Below are positions 14,050-14,358 of a stretch of DNA of 14,358 nucleotides, one piece after another. Within the stretch, counting starts at the first letter, position 1. Every line of letters starts with the position of its first letter. This DNA is from a virus, in the IMG/VR virus record IMGVR_UViG_3300001130_000004; one strand, given 5' to 3'. A model generated the notes under the pieces. The model ran no database searches and was not told the DNA's origin. It saw only the letters and a list, made by a program, of their open reading frames with translations. A program made the translations under genes and the position numbers.

Positions 14050-14358
14050 ATGAGTATTCAAAATATAGACCAGTTAACAGGTAGGATTGGTGTAGCTACA
14101 GACAAATTAGAAGTAGCTGTAGTAGCTGTCCGAGAGTCAGCTGGGGTAGTGGTGGGTGGTACAGGTGAGTCAGCACAATCAGCTATTGAAGCTGCTAACT
14201 CAGCAGTAGTAGCAAATCAAGCAGCACAAGCGGCTAACGTAAGTCGTGAAGCAGCAAGAGTAGAAGCCAACAGAGCAGCTACCCAAGCCTCTTTAGCTAA
14301 TTCAAGTGCTACATCTAGTGCTGTTAGTGAGAGTAATGCACTAGCAGCACAACAGGCT
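14050..14358 (+). CDS. Tail fibre protein, N-terminal 103 codons. The ORF continues across the circular junction into 102-1982.
   Basis: The ATG at 14050 lies 1 nt after the upstream TAA. The frame stays open to the window end. Translation starts MSIQNIDQLTGRIGVATDKLEVAVVAVRESAG...AANVSREAARVEANRAATQASLANSS. Positions 14258-14358 equal 1-101, in the same frame as 3-1982. Confidence 0.85.
   Translation, partial: MSIQNIDQLTGRIGVATDKLEVAVVAVRESAGVVVGGTGESAQSAIEAANSAVVANQAAQAANVSREAARVEANRAATQASLANSSATSSAVSESNALAAQQA
14258..14358. repeat. Terminal overlap, copy B (identical to 1-101).
   Basis: See copy A. Confidence 0.95.

Noticed and set aside
1-14358. CRISPR arrays, tRNA or tmRNA genes, integrase or att sites, and transposase or IS elements.
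   Set aside because: There are no regularly spaced identical repeats with unique spacers. I saw no cloverleaf-compatible sequence with a T-loop consensus in the non-coding blocks. No ORF has recombinase or transposase motifs.

Overview
The window holds one complete, circularly closed (or circularly permuted) phage-like dsDNA replicon of 14,257 bp. It is AT-rich. Bases 1-101 are identical to 14258-14358, and this overlap lies in frame inside a tail-fibre ORF that runs 14050 -> junction -> 1982. About 19 genes form two divergent transcription units that leave a ~700-bp quasi-palindromic non-coding control region (about 6700-7395). A near-consensus sigma70 promoter at 7355-7382 heads the + strand unit. 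In order it contains an RHH regulator, a hairpin/T-run, two small unknowns, portal, a 119-aa unknown, a scaffold-like protein, a lambda gpD-like decoration protein, a lambda gpE-like major capsid protein, a strong terminator, TerL, a 154-aa unknown, a 729-aa tail fibre, two paralogous fibre/receptor-binding-like genes, ~680 bp of non-coding DNA, and a lysis cassette (39-aa membrane peptide, holin-like protein, TIGR02594/NlpC-P60-like endolysin). The second unit is a single minus-strand gene (5279-6646) for a 455-aa Walker A/B, helicase-like NTPase, driven by a mirrored consensus promoter at 6714-6741. A bidirectional terminator at about 5194-5230 separates it from the lysis genes. I found no tRNA, CRISPR, integrase, CI-type repressor, DNA polymerase, primase, small terminase, head protease, or tail tube, sheath, tape-measure or nozzle genes. 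Strong GGAGG-type SD sites, TTGACA/TATAAT promoters and the endolysin type suggest a Gram-negative (proteobacterial-like) host, but that is inference. The points most worth follow-up are the very small gene set, the symmetric control or ori-like region next to the orphan NTPase, the two large non-coding blocks (about 10% of the genome), the four-copy module in the two fibre-associated genes with a C8 tract, and TerL with a basic N-terminal extension and no TerS. All protein family calls come from motif recognition by eye, not from searches.
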